From Acidobacteriota bacterium (lineage in GTDB: Bacteria > Acidobacteriota > Thermoanaerobaculia > Gp7-AA8), in NCBI GenBank assembly GCA_019247495.1, contig JAFAOU010000104.1, positions 14,350 to 78,349 of the forward strand: a DNA stretch of 64,000 nucleotides. The letters run 5' to 3'. The notes under the pieces were generated by a model. That model had not been told where the DNA came from. It saw nothing but the letters and a program-made list of their open reading frames with translations, and searched no databases. The translations under genes and the position numbers were made by a program. Positions 48,152-57,768 of the stretch are shown one piece after another. The number at the start of each line of letters is the position of its first letter. Positions within the stretch are counted from its first letter, which is position 1.

Positions 48152-49051
48152 CTACTCTCCGGCAGGCGTGCCGATGCTGCTTCGCTGCGGGTGCGGGCTG
48201 CGGCTCCATTCGATGAAGGAGGCGTCGTAGAGCGCGACGTCGCGGCCGAGATAGCGCAGTACGAAGTAATCGACCGACGCTTGCATGCCGGTGCGGCAAT
48301 AGACGACGACAGAGGCATCCGCGGGTACGCCGGCATCGTCGTACAACGTCTGCAATTCGCCGCGGCCGCGGAAGACGGGCGCGACCGAGCTGGTGAGGTT
48401 CTGCTGCCACGGCACGTTCACCGCTCCTTCGATATGACCGCCGCGCTTGATGCCGGCGCCCGGCTCTTCGCCGCTGAACTGCTCCGGCGAGCGGGCGTCG
48501 ACGATGGCCCATGAGCCGGTGCATAGCGGCAGACAGTCGACGAGGATCTCCATCGCCTTCAGGCGGACAATGGTCTCGACGCGCGGGCGTGCCTGAAAGT
48601 CGGACGGTTTGGCCACCTGCAGCGGCGTGTGGCCTTCGACGGCGCGATTTTCCGCGGTCCATTTTGCGAAGCCGCCGTCGAGCAGCGACGTCGAAGACCC
48701 GTGGCCGAGGTAGTCGAGAGTGAAGAAGGCGCGCGTGGCGGCGATGAGATCGCGGCTGTAGAGGATGATCCGGTCGCGGTCTCCGATGCCCGCGGCGGCG
48801 AACGTCCGTTCGAGTGCCGGAATCTCCGGCAACTCGTTCGGCGTGCCGCCGCGGTCGATCAGAAGATCGTTCAACGCGATGAAACGCGCGCCGGCGATGT
48901 GCTGCGCCTCGTACGAAGCGCGGTCGCCGATCTCGACGATGACCAGTCGTCGATCGGTACGGTGCGTCTGGAGCCAGTCAGTGCTGACGAGGAGTTGGGC
49001 ATGCAGCGGTGCGGACAAAAAGAGAGCGATGAGCAGGCTGATTCTTCGCAT
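48152..49051 (-). CDS. periplasmic thiosulfate sulfurtransferase (tandem rhodanese domains)
   Basis: Signal peptide MRRISLLIALFLSAPLHA, two rhodanese modules, and active-site loop CRTGMQAS. Confidence 0.85.
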   Translation of the reverse strand: MRRISLLIALFLSAPLHAQLLVSTDWLQTHRTDRRLVIVEIGDRASYEAQHIAGARFIALNDLLIDRGGTPNELPEIPALERTFAAAGIGDRDRIILYSRDLIAATRAFFTLDYLGHGSSTSLLDGGFAKWTAENRAVEGHTPLQVAKPSDFQARPRVETIVRLKAMEILVDCLPLCTGSWAIVDARSPEQFSGEEPGAGIKRGGHIEGAVNVPWQQNLTSSVAPVFRGRGELQTLYDDAGVPADASVVVYCRTGMQASVDYFVLRYLGRDVALYDASFIEWSRSPHPQRSSIGTPAGE

Positions 49052-49185
49052 GGATCCAACGTAAGCGCCTGCCGGCACCTGGCCCGCGTGGATGGTCACG
49101 CCTCAGAGTGATCCGAACCACTGCTGGGGAGAGGCAGGCTCAGAGGTTGTGAGGAAATGACGCGATTCGCCACGTGTATTCGGCC

Positions 49186-49397
49186 GCGCGCGAAGGCGCG
49201 CTCGCCAATCCTAGCCCCGCGCTCCGCGCGGGGTTTGGTATGCGCCGACGATGCAGCGGCCGCGGAGGCGGCCGCTGCAAGGTCTCTCGCGGCGCGAGCA
49301 TTTTGTAGTGGCCGCCTTCGCGGCCACAATCTGCCTCCACGCTCGCTTCCCCGCGCAAAAGCGCGGGGCTAGGATTGGTGAGCGCGCCTTCGCGCGC
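49186..49397. repeat. 37-bp near-perfect inverted repeats flanking a ~140-bp hairpin-rich core (MITE/REP-like)
   Basis: Arm 1 at 49186-49222 is GCGCGCGAAGGCGCGCTCGCCAATCCTAGCCCCGCGC; arm 2 at 49361-49397 is its reverse complement with 1 mismatch. Internal hairpins CCCCGCGC-tcc-GCGCGGGG, GCAGCGGCCGC-ggag-GCGGCCGCTGC and GTGGCCGC-cttc-GCGGCCAC. Confidence 0.7.
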
Positions 49398-49556
49398 CAA
49401 GGGGTTCGGTCGAGTTCTGACAGCCGGCCGTCCGCGGCGGCTCAGGATGTGACCGCCGCCTACGCTCTCTCCGCGTGACGATCCTCGGTACCGGCGCCGC
49501 GCTCCGGAAGGAACAGCATGGAGAACGACTCCGGAAGCTCGCGCCTCACCTTCAGA

Positions 49557-49778
49557 GGCTGTGAAGAAATCGAACGCGTTGATCTTCTCAGCCGTCCCGA
49601 GCCTCAACAGCACAGACATGAGTGTCTGTGCCACATTGGTCATGCTGTACTTGCGCAAATCGTATTACCGAGAAGCCGGTGTGGCACAGACACTCTTGTC
49701 TGTGCTTTTGCAAGATGCAGCGACTGCAGTTGGTTGCTAACCGCCTCCCGTACCGTTGCACATTTCTTCACAGCCGCT
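49557..49778 (+). promoter_or_regulatory. attenuator-like structured leader upstream of the PtsN-like gene
   Basis: Outer clamp GGCTGTGAAGAAAT (49557-49570) pairs with ATTTCTTCACAGCC (49762-49775). Hairpin A CACAGACA-tgag-TGTCTGTG (49611-49630). Hairpin B GCACAGAC-actctt-GTCTGTGC+TTTTG (49684-49710). A's 3' strand+CCACAT can alternatively pair with GTGTGG+B's 5' strand. Confidence 0.4.
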
Positions 49779-49823
49779 TTGCGCGGGCGCGGTTGATGCT
49801 CAGGTCAATGAGAGAATCGCGGT

Positions 49824-50297
49824 ATGCATTTGGCCGATTTGTTGACGACGAGCGACGTGATGCTGCGGCTGCGAGCCCGTGACGTCAGCGGCGCGGCCGA
49901 ACAACTGCTGCGGCGAAGTCTTCAGCGCCACGGCCTGGCCGCGAGTGACATCGACCGCCTCGTGCTTGCTGTCGATGAGAGGGAATGCGAGCTCTCGACA
50001 AACCTCGGGGCCATCGCCATTCCCCATGCCTGCGATGATCAGCTCGGATTCATCGCGGCCAGCATCGGCGTGAACGCGGAAGGCGTCATCTCCGGCTCGC
50101 CGGAGCCGCGAGTGGTGATCGCGTTCGTGTCGCCTGCGCTGGAACGAAAGAAACATCTCGCCTTGCTCGCGGAAATCGCGCAGCTCGCGCGCGACCGCGG
50201 CGCGATCGATGCGCTGACGGCAGCGACGAGCGCGGAAGATGTACTCGCCACGATCCGGAGCTACTGCAGCGAAAGACGGTCTGCATCCTCCTCGTAG
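49824..50297 (+). CDS. PTS EIIA (type 2) family protein, PtsN/EIIA-Ntr-like
   Basis: PTS_EIIA_2 fold with phosphorylatable His in GAIAIPHA; ~155 aa. Confidence 0.7.
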   Translation: MHLADLLTTSDVMLRLRARDVSGAAEQLLRRSLQRHGLAASDIDRLVLAVDERECELSTNLGAIAIPHACDDQLGFIAASIGVNAEGVISGSPEPRVVIAFVSPALERKKHLALLAEIAQLARDRGAIDALTAATSAEDVLATIRSYCSERRSASSS

Positions 50298-51568
50298 GCG
50301 AAGAGATTGCCGAACCGCGCCCAGCGCACCATCGTGTCGAACATCACTTCGTAGTTCTCGCGCGGCAAGGCCATGATGATCATTTCTCGCACCACGTCGG
50401 CCTTCACCGCATGGTCAGCGTCGCGCGCGAGCAGGTCCCGGACGTCCTGAAAAAGGCGGAGCTTGAGGAGTTGCGTTTGCCAGATCGCCTTGCGTTCGTG
50501 CGTTTCTGAGCGAACGAACCGCCGTCCTTCCTCGGTGAGCACCACGTCCTGCTTCGGCGTATCGACGAAGTCCAGCATCTCCGCGGCCTTCGTAATCGCG
50601 ATCATGTGGCCGAACTCGTGTTCCGTCTCGGCCGCCAGATCGAATATCTCGGCGCGGCTGCCGTGGGTATCGAGATACTCGAGCAGCCCGACGACTTCGG
50701 ACGTCGTCGTTCGCGGCAGCGGCTCGATGCGCACCACACGCGCCGGCGCGCTGTGCGGAACGTCCGGCAACTCGCTGCCGGTGATGATCTCGTGAAGATA
50801 GTCGACCAACTCCTCCGCTTCCTTGGAACGTTGATCGCGCGGCCGTCTCAACGGATTCTGCACCACCGTGCGAACCCGCCCCGGATGGCTGCTGAGCACG
50901 ATGATGCGGTCGGCCATGTACGCGACTTCCTTGATGTCGTGGCTGACCATCAGGATCGACGAGGGATTCTGGTCCTCCGGCGCCCACAGATCGATCACTT
51001 CGGCGCGCAGACCTTCAGCCGTGAGCGCGTCGACATGGCTGAACGGCTCGTCCATGAAGAGGATCTCAGGATTGATCGAGAGAGCGCGCGCGATGCCAAG
51101 GCGCTGCTTCATCCCGCCTGAGAGCTCGCGCGGATACGCTTCTTCGAAGCCGGCAAGACCGACCATTCGAATCGAGCGTTCCGCGCGCTCGTGGATGTCG
51201 GTTTCAGGAAGCCGCGCCGCATGAAGCACGATCTCGACGTTCTGCGAGACCGTCATCCATGGGTAGAGAGCGAAGCTCTGAAACACGATGCCGACTCCCG
51301 GCGTCAACCCATCCACCGGACGTCCTCGATAAAGCACTTCGCCCTCGGTGGGACGGATCAAGCCGGCGAGAATGCGAAGGATCGTCGACTTGCCGCATCC
51401 GGAAGGGCCGAGGAGTGCGACGACTTCCAGCGGCTTGATCGCGACGCTGATGTCTTCCAGGACGCGAAGCCTGGAGCCGTTGGGCATGACGAAGTCGTGC
51501 GAGACATCTCTGATCTCGCAGAGTGTTTCCGTTGTCCTGGCGGTGTCGGGCATCGTAGCAACGGTCAT
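50261..51568 (-). CDS. ABC transporter ATP-binding protein (NitT/TauT family) with C-terminal AAA-associated domain
   Basis: Walker [13 protein letters not shown] signature [15 protein letters not shown], Walker [13 protein letters not shown]; ~180-aa C-terminal extension resembling the AAA_assoc_C domain. Confidence 0.9.
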   Translation of the reverse strand: MTVATMPDTARTTETLCEIRDVSHDFVMPNGSRLRVLEDISVAIKPLEVVALLGPSGCGKSTILRILAGLIRPTEGEVLYRGRPVDGLTPGVGIVFQSFALYPWMTVSQNVEIVLHAARLPETDIHERAERSIRMVGLAGFEEAYPRELSGGMKQRLGIARALSINPEILFMDEPFSHVDALTAEGLRAEVIDLWAPEDQNPSSILMVSHDIKEVAYMADRIIVLSSHPGRVRTVVQNPLRRPRDQRSKEAEELVDYLHEIITGSELPDVPHSAPARVVRIEPLPRTTTSEVVGLLEYLDTHGSRAEIFDLAAETEHEFGHMIAITKAAEMLDFVDTPKQDVVLTEEGRRFVRSETHERKAIWQTQLLKLRLFQDVRDLLARDADHAVKADVVREMIIMALPRENYEVMFDTMVRWARFGNLFAYEEDADRLSLQ

Positions 51569-51576
51569 GACTCACC

Positions 51577-53337
51577 TCACTTGCTGAGCGAGAAGCGTTC
51601 TTCGGCGACGCGATAGAGACGGCGCCAGACGATTCGATTGAAGAGGACGACCGTGGCGGCCATGACCATCACGCTCGCCGCGAGATGCGGGAAGTCCGCG
51701 CGCTCGGCGGCGCCGCTGATCATTGCGCCGAGACCGTCGGTAGTCAGCACCTGGCCGCGGAACGTAACGAACTCGGCGACGATGCTCGCGTTCCACGCTC
51801 CGCCCGCTGCCGTCACCCATCCTGTCACGAGGAAGGGGAACACCGCCGGCAGATACAACGACTTGAAGCGCAGCCAGCGATCCAGCCGGTAACTATCGGC
51901 CGCTTCGCGCAGATCGGAGGGGATGGCCATCGCACCCGCGATCACGTTGAACAGGATGTACCACTGCGTGCCGAGAAGCATCAGCACGATACTTCCCCAA
52001 CCGAGCGATACGCCGATGACTTTGAGTCCGGCGATGACGAGCGGAAAAAGCATCGGAGCCGGGAACGACGCCGCAACCTGCACCACAGGCTGCAGCACCC
52101 GCGACAGACGCGGCGAAAGTCCGATGGCCAGACCGGCCGGCAGCGCCCAGACCGTGCCGAACGCGGTGGAGAGAAGCACGCGCCCGAGCGTCCATCCGCA
52201 CGCGCGAAGAATCGGGCCGAACTCGCGCAAGTGCAGCGGCCGAAGAACGGTCACGAGCCGCGATGCTCCGAAGAGCAGGCCGCCCATCAGCACCGTGAAG
52301 AGCACAATCGACACGACACGTGAAGACGATCGCTCCGGCGCGATCGCTGATGATGGGGCTCGCTCGTGCGCCGTCTTGCGGCCGCGGACTCGTTGATGAA
52401 TCGAGCGCGCCAGTTTCGCAACCGCCTCGATGATTCGGGAACGTTGAAGCCAGTCGTAAAACCATGACGACGCGGACTGCTCTTCGGCGCTTTCCTCGAC
52501 GCGGAATTTCTGCGACCAGACCACGACAGGGCGCCAGAGGAGTTGATCGAGGATGACGATCATCAGGATCATCGCGAAGATCGCCCAGAGCATCGCGCGC
52601 ACGTCGCCTTTCGCCACCGCAACGCTCATGTACGAGCCGATGCCGGGAAGCCGGAAGTCTTTCGCGCCGAGAACGAAGGACTCGGTGATCATCAGGAAAA
52701 ACCAGCCGCCGGCCATACTCATCATGCTGTTCCACACGAGGCCGATGGTGGAGAACGGCAACTCGACCCATTTGAGCCGCTGCCACCAGTCGAAGCGATA
52801 CGTGGTCGCCGCTTCGATCTGATCTTTCGGAATCGACCGCAACGAGTGATAGAAGCTGAAGGTCATGTTCCACGCCTGACCGCTGAAGATCATGACGATG
52901 GACGCGAGCTCGAGGCCCACGTTGCTGCGCGGAAACAGCGCCACGAGCGCGAGCACCAGGCCGGGCATGAATCCGAGAACCGGAATGCTCTGAAGAATAT
53001 CGAGCAGCGGCAGCAGTACGCGCTCGGCCAGTCGATCTTTCGCCGCCCAGTAACCGTAGGCCAGCGTGAACAGGAGCGACAGGGCGTACGCGATCAGACC
53101 TCGCGAGAGGGAGTAGAAGGCATAGATGGGAAGCGCCGATGGCGATAGATCGATGCGCACTTCCGGGCGGAACAAGCGCCACTCTCCGGCAAGCGAGAGC
53201 GCGCCGAATACGAGGCCGATCAGTCCTCCGAGGAGGAGAAGGTCGAACCATCCGGCGCGGCGGAATTCGCGGAGCAGAGCCGTCGCTTCGCCCCACACCT
53301 TCAGACCGGGCCGCGTCACATTTTGAGACTGAGGCAT
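51577..53337 (-). CDS. ABC transporter permease, fused/duplicated TMD (NitT/TauT-type)
   Basis: Two BPD_transp_1-like halves, each with an EAA-like loop; GGAG RBS before ATG 53337; 9-nt gap from the ATPase gene. Confidence 0.85.
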   Translation of the reverse strand: MPQSQNVTRPGLKVWGEATALLREFRRAGWFDLLLLGGLIGLVFGALSLAGEWRLFRPEVRIDLSPSALPIYAFYSLSRGLIAYALSLLFTLAYGYWAAKDRLAERVLLPLLDILQSIPVLGFMPGLVLALVALFPRSNVGLELASIVMIFSGQAWNMTFSFYHSLRSIPKDQIEAATTYRFDWWQRLKWVELPFSTIGLVWNSMMSMAGGWFFLMITESFVLGAKDFRLPGIGSYMSVAVAKGDVRAMLWAIFAMILMIVILDQLLWRPVVVWSQKFRVEESAEEQSASSWFYDWLQRSRIIEAVAKLARSIHQRVRGRKTAHERAPSSAIAPERSSSRVVSIVLFTVLMGGLLFGASRLVTVLRPLHLREFGPILRACGWTLGRVLLSTAFGTVWALPAGLAIGLSPRLSRVLQPVVQVAASFPAPMLFPLVIAGLKVIGVSLGWGSIVLMLLGTQWYILFNVIAGAMAIPSDLREAADSYRLDRWLRFKSLYLPAVFPFLVTGWVTAAGGAWNASIVAEFVTFRGQVLTTDGLGAMISGAAERADFPHLAASVMVMAATVVLFNRIVWRRLYRVAEERFSLSK

Positions 53338-53657
53338 GGATACTCTCCTGCGTGTCAGGAGCAGTACGCGGGAAGCGAGTTGGAAAGGCTTCGCGCGTTC
53401 ACTCCCGTTCGACGATGGATTCGTGAACGGGCGAACGGCATGTACGTTGTCTAGAGGCGAGCCGTTCGCCGCTGCACGAACCACTTGCTAGACGGTGGTT
53501 CCGTTCGGCTACTACTTCCGGAATCGCTCATGCAACGGCTCCTCTCGTTGATTTCGCTGTCGAGACCGGCGGCGCGGGCGATGCTACGCCGCGACCGATT
53601 GCGAGGCAACGAAAGATTTCGCAAAGTTCCGATTGAGATGATGCTTCCTCATGACCT

Positions 53658-55205
53658 TTAGAAACGCGACGGCGCCTTGCGCATCGCGGCGTCCAGACGG
53701 CCGTCGCGCTGGTAGATGTCGGGCGCGAAGTGCAGGGCGCCCGCTTCGTCGACGAAGGCGGTCCAGTAGAGGACGTGAACCGGCAGCGGCTTTTTGACCG
53801 GAACGGTCTTCTGAATGCCTCGCTGCGATTCCTGCACGATGCGCTCGCGCGGCCATTCGGGGCGGTCGCGCAACAGCCACTCCGCCAGCTCCACCGGTTT
53901 CTCGATGCGCATGCAGCCGTGACTGAATGTGCGCGTGCTCGCTTCGAACAGAGTCTTGGCCGGAGTGTCGTGCAGGTAGACGCCGTAGCGGTTCGGGATG
54001 TTGAACTTGATCAGCCCGAGCGAGTTCCAGGGGCCGGGCGTCTGCCGCAGTTTGCCGCCGCGCAGCACCTCGATGTGCTCGCCGGCGAGGTACCCCGGCG
54101 TGCGATGTTCCTTCGGCCACAACTCTTTGGCGGCGATGCTGTCCGGCACGTTCCAGTAAGGGCTGAGGATGACCTGCGTGATGTTGCCGCTGAAGATCGG
54201 CGTGCTCAGATAGTCCTTGCCGACAACGATCCGCATCGACATCACTTGACGGCCGTGCTCCGTCACCGCGAGGGTGAACGCCGGAATGTTGATGAGGGCG
54301 TGCGGATCGCCGAGGTTTGCCGGCAGCCAGCGCCACCGCTCGAGATTCAATTCGATCTGGCGGATGCGCGCGGCCGGTGTGATGTTTAGCTCCGCGCGCG
54401 TGCGGCGTCCGACGACGCCGTCGGGCTCGAGGCCGTGGAGCGATTGAAAGCGGCGCACGGCGCGATCGACAGCGGCGTCGAATTCGTAGCCGGGCTTCGG
54501 AAGGTCTCCGCTCGCAACGAGACGGTTGGCAAGTTGCGCGACCAGCGGGCCGCGGTCGCCGAGCCGGAGCGATTTCTTCGCGTCGACTTTCGGCCATCCG
54601 CCGGCATCGTCGATCCGTCGATACGCCGCGAGCCAGCGGCGCAGCGCCGCGTACTCCGGATGTGCGGGCGGCATGCGCGCGATGGTTGGCCGCACTTCGT
54701 GCAATTCGAGCGCGGTCTCCAGAGCGGCCACCAGATCGTTCGCGCGCGGAGTCAGGCACCACGTCGGCTCGATCGATTCCGGATCGACGCGGCCGGAGAG
54801 CAGGTGCGAAGCCAGCAGAAAGAACGCGTCCGTGAGCAGCAGATCGCGTTGCTCACCATCGGAGGCTCGTTCGATGGCAGCGAGATGGTAGTCGGCCGGA
54901 TCGAGGCCATCGCTCTTCGCATCGCGAACTGCGGCCAGCAGGTCGTCGCGGTCGCGCGCACTCCACGCCGGCGCAAATTGCCGGCGGCTATAGAAGAGAG
55001 GAAGGGGACGCGACGCGCAGATCGGATCGCCGTCCACAATCACGACGCGCCCGCGGCTCAGCGCGTCGATCGCCGACCGGATCGTGACCGCGCCGTCCGC
55101 TGCCGCAACGTCGATCGCGGCCAGACTCAGCGCGAATGCGAGCGCGAATCGGAGCACGTGACGATGGTCCCCGATCGATGATCGCACTGCCGCCATCGAG
55201 CGCAC
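53658..55205 (-). CDS. L,D-transpeptidase (YcbB/LdtD-like, PG-binding + YkuD catalytic domain)
   Basis: Signal peptide; peptidoglycan-binding-like segment (AVRRFQSLHGLEPDGVVG); YkuD catalytic motif HDTP...SHGCMRI. Confidence 0.85.
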   Translation of the reverse strand: MRSMAAVRSSIGDHRHVLRFALAFALSLAAIDVAAADGAVTIRSAIDALSRGRVVIVDGDPICASRPLPLFYSRRQFAPAWSARDRDDLLAAVRDAKSDGLDPADYHLAAIERASDGEQRDLLLTDAFFLLASHLLSGRVDPESIEPTWCLTPRANDLVAALETALELHEVRPTIARMPPAHPEYAALRRWLAAYRRIDDAGGWPKVDAKKSLRLGDRGPLVAQLANRLVASGDLPKPGYEFDAAVDRAVRRFQSLHGLEPDGVVGRRTRAELNITPAARIRQIELNLERWRWLPANLGDPHALINIPAFTLAVTEHGRQVMSMRIVVGKDYLSTPIFSGNITQVILSPYWNVPDSIAAKELWPKEHRTPGYLAGEHIEVLRGGKLRQTPGPWNSLGLIKFNIPNRYGVYLHDTPAKTLFEASTRTFSHGCMRIEKPVELAEWLLRDRPEWPRERIVQESQRGIQKTVPVKKPLPVHVLYWTAFVDEAGALHFAPDIYQRDGRLDAAMRKAPSRF

Positions 55206-55334
55206 AAAATGGCGTGACGATGGTCACGCCTTCACCTGTGATTCTCGTCATGCCGGCCGGTGACCTGCTGAACATCGCTCCGTGCCGCGGCCCGCTACGA
55301 TCGCCTCAAATCTGGCGATAAGGGGATCAGGCAA

Positions 55335-55586
55335 ATGGCTTTCGTCATCACTGACAACTGCATCAAAGACGCGCTGTGTGTGGATGCTTGTCCGGTCGAC
55401 TGCATTCATCCGAGGATGGATGAGGCGTCGTTCGACGGGGCTACCCAGATGTACGTCGATCCCTCGGAGTGCATCGACTGCGGTGCGTGCATCCCGGCCT
55501 GCACCTCGGACGCGATCTTCGCGCTCGATGACCTGCCCGCGGACAAGGTGCAATTCATCGCCGCGAACGCCGCGCATTTCGCATAG
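55335..55586 (+). CDS. ferredoxin (7Fe FdxA-type, [3Fe-4S][4Fe-4S])
   Basis: MAFVITDNCIKDALCVDACPVDCI...CIDCGACIPACTSDAI Cys ligand pattern of Azotobacter-type FdI. Confidence 0.9.
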   Translation: MAFVITDNCIKDALCVDACPVDCIHPRMDEASFDGATQMYVDPSECIDCGACIPACTSDAIFALDDLPADKVQFIAANAAHFA

Positions 55587-55598
55587 GCATTCGAAGGG

Positions 55599-55726
55599 GA
55601 GCGCTGGCGTCCCGCCGGCTGGCCCGGCGGCGTCTCGCCGCCGAACCGGCAAACCCTCAAATTTCGCTGGTAACACAACACTTGCGCAAGCCTCACATTC
55701 GGCGGCGAGACGCCAGCGTTCCGCGG
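55599..55726 (-). repeat. ~128-bp dispersed repeat element with terminal inverted repeats (copy B)
   Basis: Reverse complement aligns to 24329-24456 at ~90% identity, including the core GAGGCTTGCGCA..GTGTTACCAGC and both terminal repeats. Confidence 0.75.
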
Positions 55727-55816
55727 CACCGTGTGTGGTCCATCACGCGCGACTCATTCGCGCGTCACTGTCTCCGCGAGCGCGTAGAACGACCATGTAC
55801 GGCGAAGGAGACTCCG

Positions 55817-56020
55817 ATGATCGCACTCAATGAAGGAGTCCTCGATCGGACCATTCGCATCGTCATCGGCGGCATGCTGGTCCTGATCGCGATCACGATT
55901 CGCGGCGCCGGGTGGGCGTATCTCGGCCTGATCCCGCTGGTCACCGGCACGATCGGCTACTGCCCGCTCTACGCGCTGCTCGGCTGGAGCACGCACGACA
56001 AACTCGAGGTCACATCATGA
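55817..56020 (+). CDS. DUF2892 (YgaP-like) small inner-membrane protein
   Basis: AAGGAGA RBS; two TM helices with a conserved Cys (TGTIGYCPLYALLG) typical of DUF2892. Confidence 0.7.
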   Translation: MIALNEGVLDRTIRIVIGGMLVLIAITIRGAGWAYLGLIPLVTGTIGYCPLYALLGWSTHDKLEVTS

Positions 56021-56901
56021 ATCCGAATCTCTTTGAACGCATCCTCGTCCCCACCGACATGAGCGCCTTCAGCGATCTCGCGCTTCGCTACGCTCTGCAC
56101 TTCAACGAGCGGCTCGGCTCGAAGATCACGCTGCTGCATGCCGAGGAGATCTCGTGGCTCGCGGCCGACCATCCGATCGGCTACTACTTCGAGAACGTTC
56201 CCGAAGCCAAAGCCGCGTTGACGAAGCAGCTTCACGAATACGCGGCATCCCGCGTTCCGGCCGCGGTCCGCGCGACGACATTGTTCGAAGATGAAGCGCC
56301 CGAGTTGGCGATCCTCCGCATCGCCCGCGACATCAACGCAGATCTCATCGTCATGGGAACGCACGGACGCCGCGGCATCCGGCGCGCGATCCTCGGCTCG
56401 GTCACCGAGTACGTGCTGCGCGAGACCGACATCCCGGTCATTACGGTGAATCCGGCACTGTTTGCGCCGGATGGCACGGTGGGTATCCGCACGGTGCTCT
56501 GTCCGGTGAACTTCACCGCCATCGCCCGCGAGGCACTGGCGCAGGCCAGCGCCATCGCGGAGTCGTTCGCGGCGCAGCTCGTGGTCATGCATGTCTGCGA
56601 AGGGAGCGAGCCGCGGCTCTTCGCGGACGTTCAGAACCAGTTCGGCATCTGGGTCGACCCGCAGGTGCGCGCGAACACGCGCTACAAAGAGATCGTCGTC
56701 CACGGCCACGCCGCCGAGCAGGTGCTCGCGGTGGCCGATCAGATCGACGCGGACCTGGTCGTCATCGGCGCGCAGCACAAACGCTTCGCCGACGCCACGG
56801 TGATCGGATCGACGACGGAAAAGATCTCGCGCTTCGCGAAGCGGGCGGTGATGACGGTCATCCGGAAGCCGGTTGCGTCTCAGGCCACGGCGGCCGCGTA
56901 A
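56017..56901 (+). CDS. universal stress protein, tandem Usp domains
   Basis: ATGA overlap with the upstream gene; two UspA domains (ILVPTDMS...LIVMGTHGRRGIRRAILGSVTEYV and VLCPVNFT...LVVIGAQHKRF...GSTTEKI). Confidence 0.85.
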   Translation: MNPNLFERILVPTDMSAFSDLALRYALHFNERLGSKITLLHAEEISWLAADHPIGYYFENVPEAKAALTKQLHEYAASRVPAAVRATTLFEDEAPELAILRIARDINADLIVMGTHGRRGIRRAILGSVTEYVLRETDIPVITVNPALFAPDGTVGIRTVLCPVNFTAIAREALAQASAIAESFAAQLVVMHVCEGSEPRLFADVQNQFGIWVDPQVRANTRYKEIVVHGHAAEQVLAVADQIDADLVVIGAQHKRFADATVIGSTTEKISRFAKRAVMTVIRKPVASQATAAA

Positions 56902-57755
56902 GAGGGGATGACGAACGAGAACAACGATCCCCTTCCGATCTCGCTCGTCACCTCGACCGTTCCCTGGTGCGCTTCGACGAATCCTTTGACGATGGCCAGC
57001 CCGAGGCCGGCGCCGCCGCGGCGGCTGGAGCGAACCTGCCAGAAGCGGTCGAACAGATGCGGCAGCTCCGCGGCGGCGATCCCAGGACCCGTATCCGCGA
57101 CGGAAAAGCGCGCTTTGTCGCGGTCGCCCTCGACGGTCAAACGGATCGTTCCGCGGTCGGTGACGCGCAACGCATTGCTGACGAGGTTCGAGAGGATCTG
57201 GATCAGGCGGTTGCGGTCAGCGTACAGCGGCGGGATGGCGCCGAAGGTTTCGACGTCGAAACGAAGTCCTTTCTCCGCCGCGGCCGATTCGAACATCCGG
57301 CGCATTTCCTCCATGACGTCCGCGGCCTCCACGCGCGTGCGCTCGACCGTGAATCCGCCGCTCTCGATGCGCGCCACATCGAGCAGGTCGTTGACCAGCG
57401 ACTGCATCTGGCCGCAGGCGTTCAGGATCATCGACAGCAGCTCCTGCTGTTCCTGCCCCGCGCCCATTTGAAGGAGCGCCGCGCTGGTCTTGATGACGGT
57501 CAGCGGATTTCTCAGATCGTGCGCGACGATGGCCAGAACCTCGTCCCTCGAACGGATGCCTTTTTCCAGGCTTGCGATCGACTCCGCCTGCGCTGCCTCC
57601 GCCCGCACGTCCTGTAAAAAAGGAGTCGTCTCTTTTCGAATCGGAATGGTTGCCGCGATTGAGGACATGGCCCGCCGCCCTACGAAACGCAGGATCGACC
57701 GACGCGCGGCGCGCGTCAGTGAGCGCGGGGGTTCCAGCGCTGTGACAGGCCGCAC
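56880..57755 (-). CDS. soluble sensor histidine kinase (HisKA + HATPase_c)
   Basis: H-box VAHDLRNPLTVI and G-boxes (DTGPGIA...GGAGLGLAIVKGFV). Alternative start Met at 57668; no TM segments. Confidence 0.8.
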   Translation of the reverse strand: MRPVTALEPPRSLTRAARRSILRFVGRRAMSSIAATIPIRKETTPFLQDVRAEAAQAESIASLEKGIRSRDEVLAIVAHDLRNPLTVIKTSAALLQMGAGQEQQELLSMILNACGQMQSLVNDLLDVARIESGGFTVERTRVEAADVMEEMRRMFESAAAEKGLRFDVETFGAIPPLYADRNRLIQILSNLVSNALRVTDRGTIRLTVEGDRDKARFSVADTGPGIAAAELPHLFDRFWQVRSSRRGGAGLGLAIVKGFVEAHQGTVEVTSEIGRGSLFSFVIPSYAAAVA

Positions 57756-57768
57756 AACCTGATGTACG

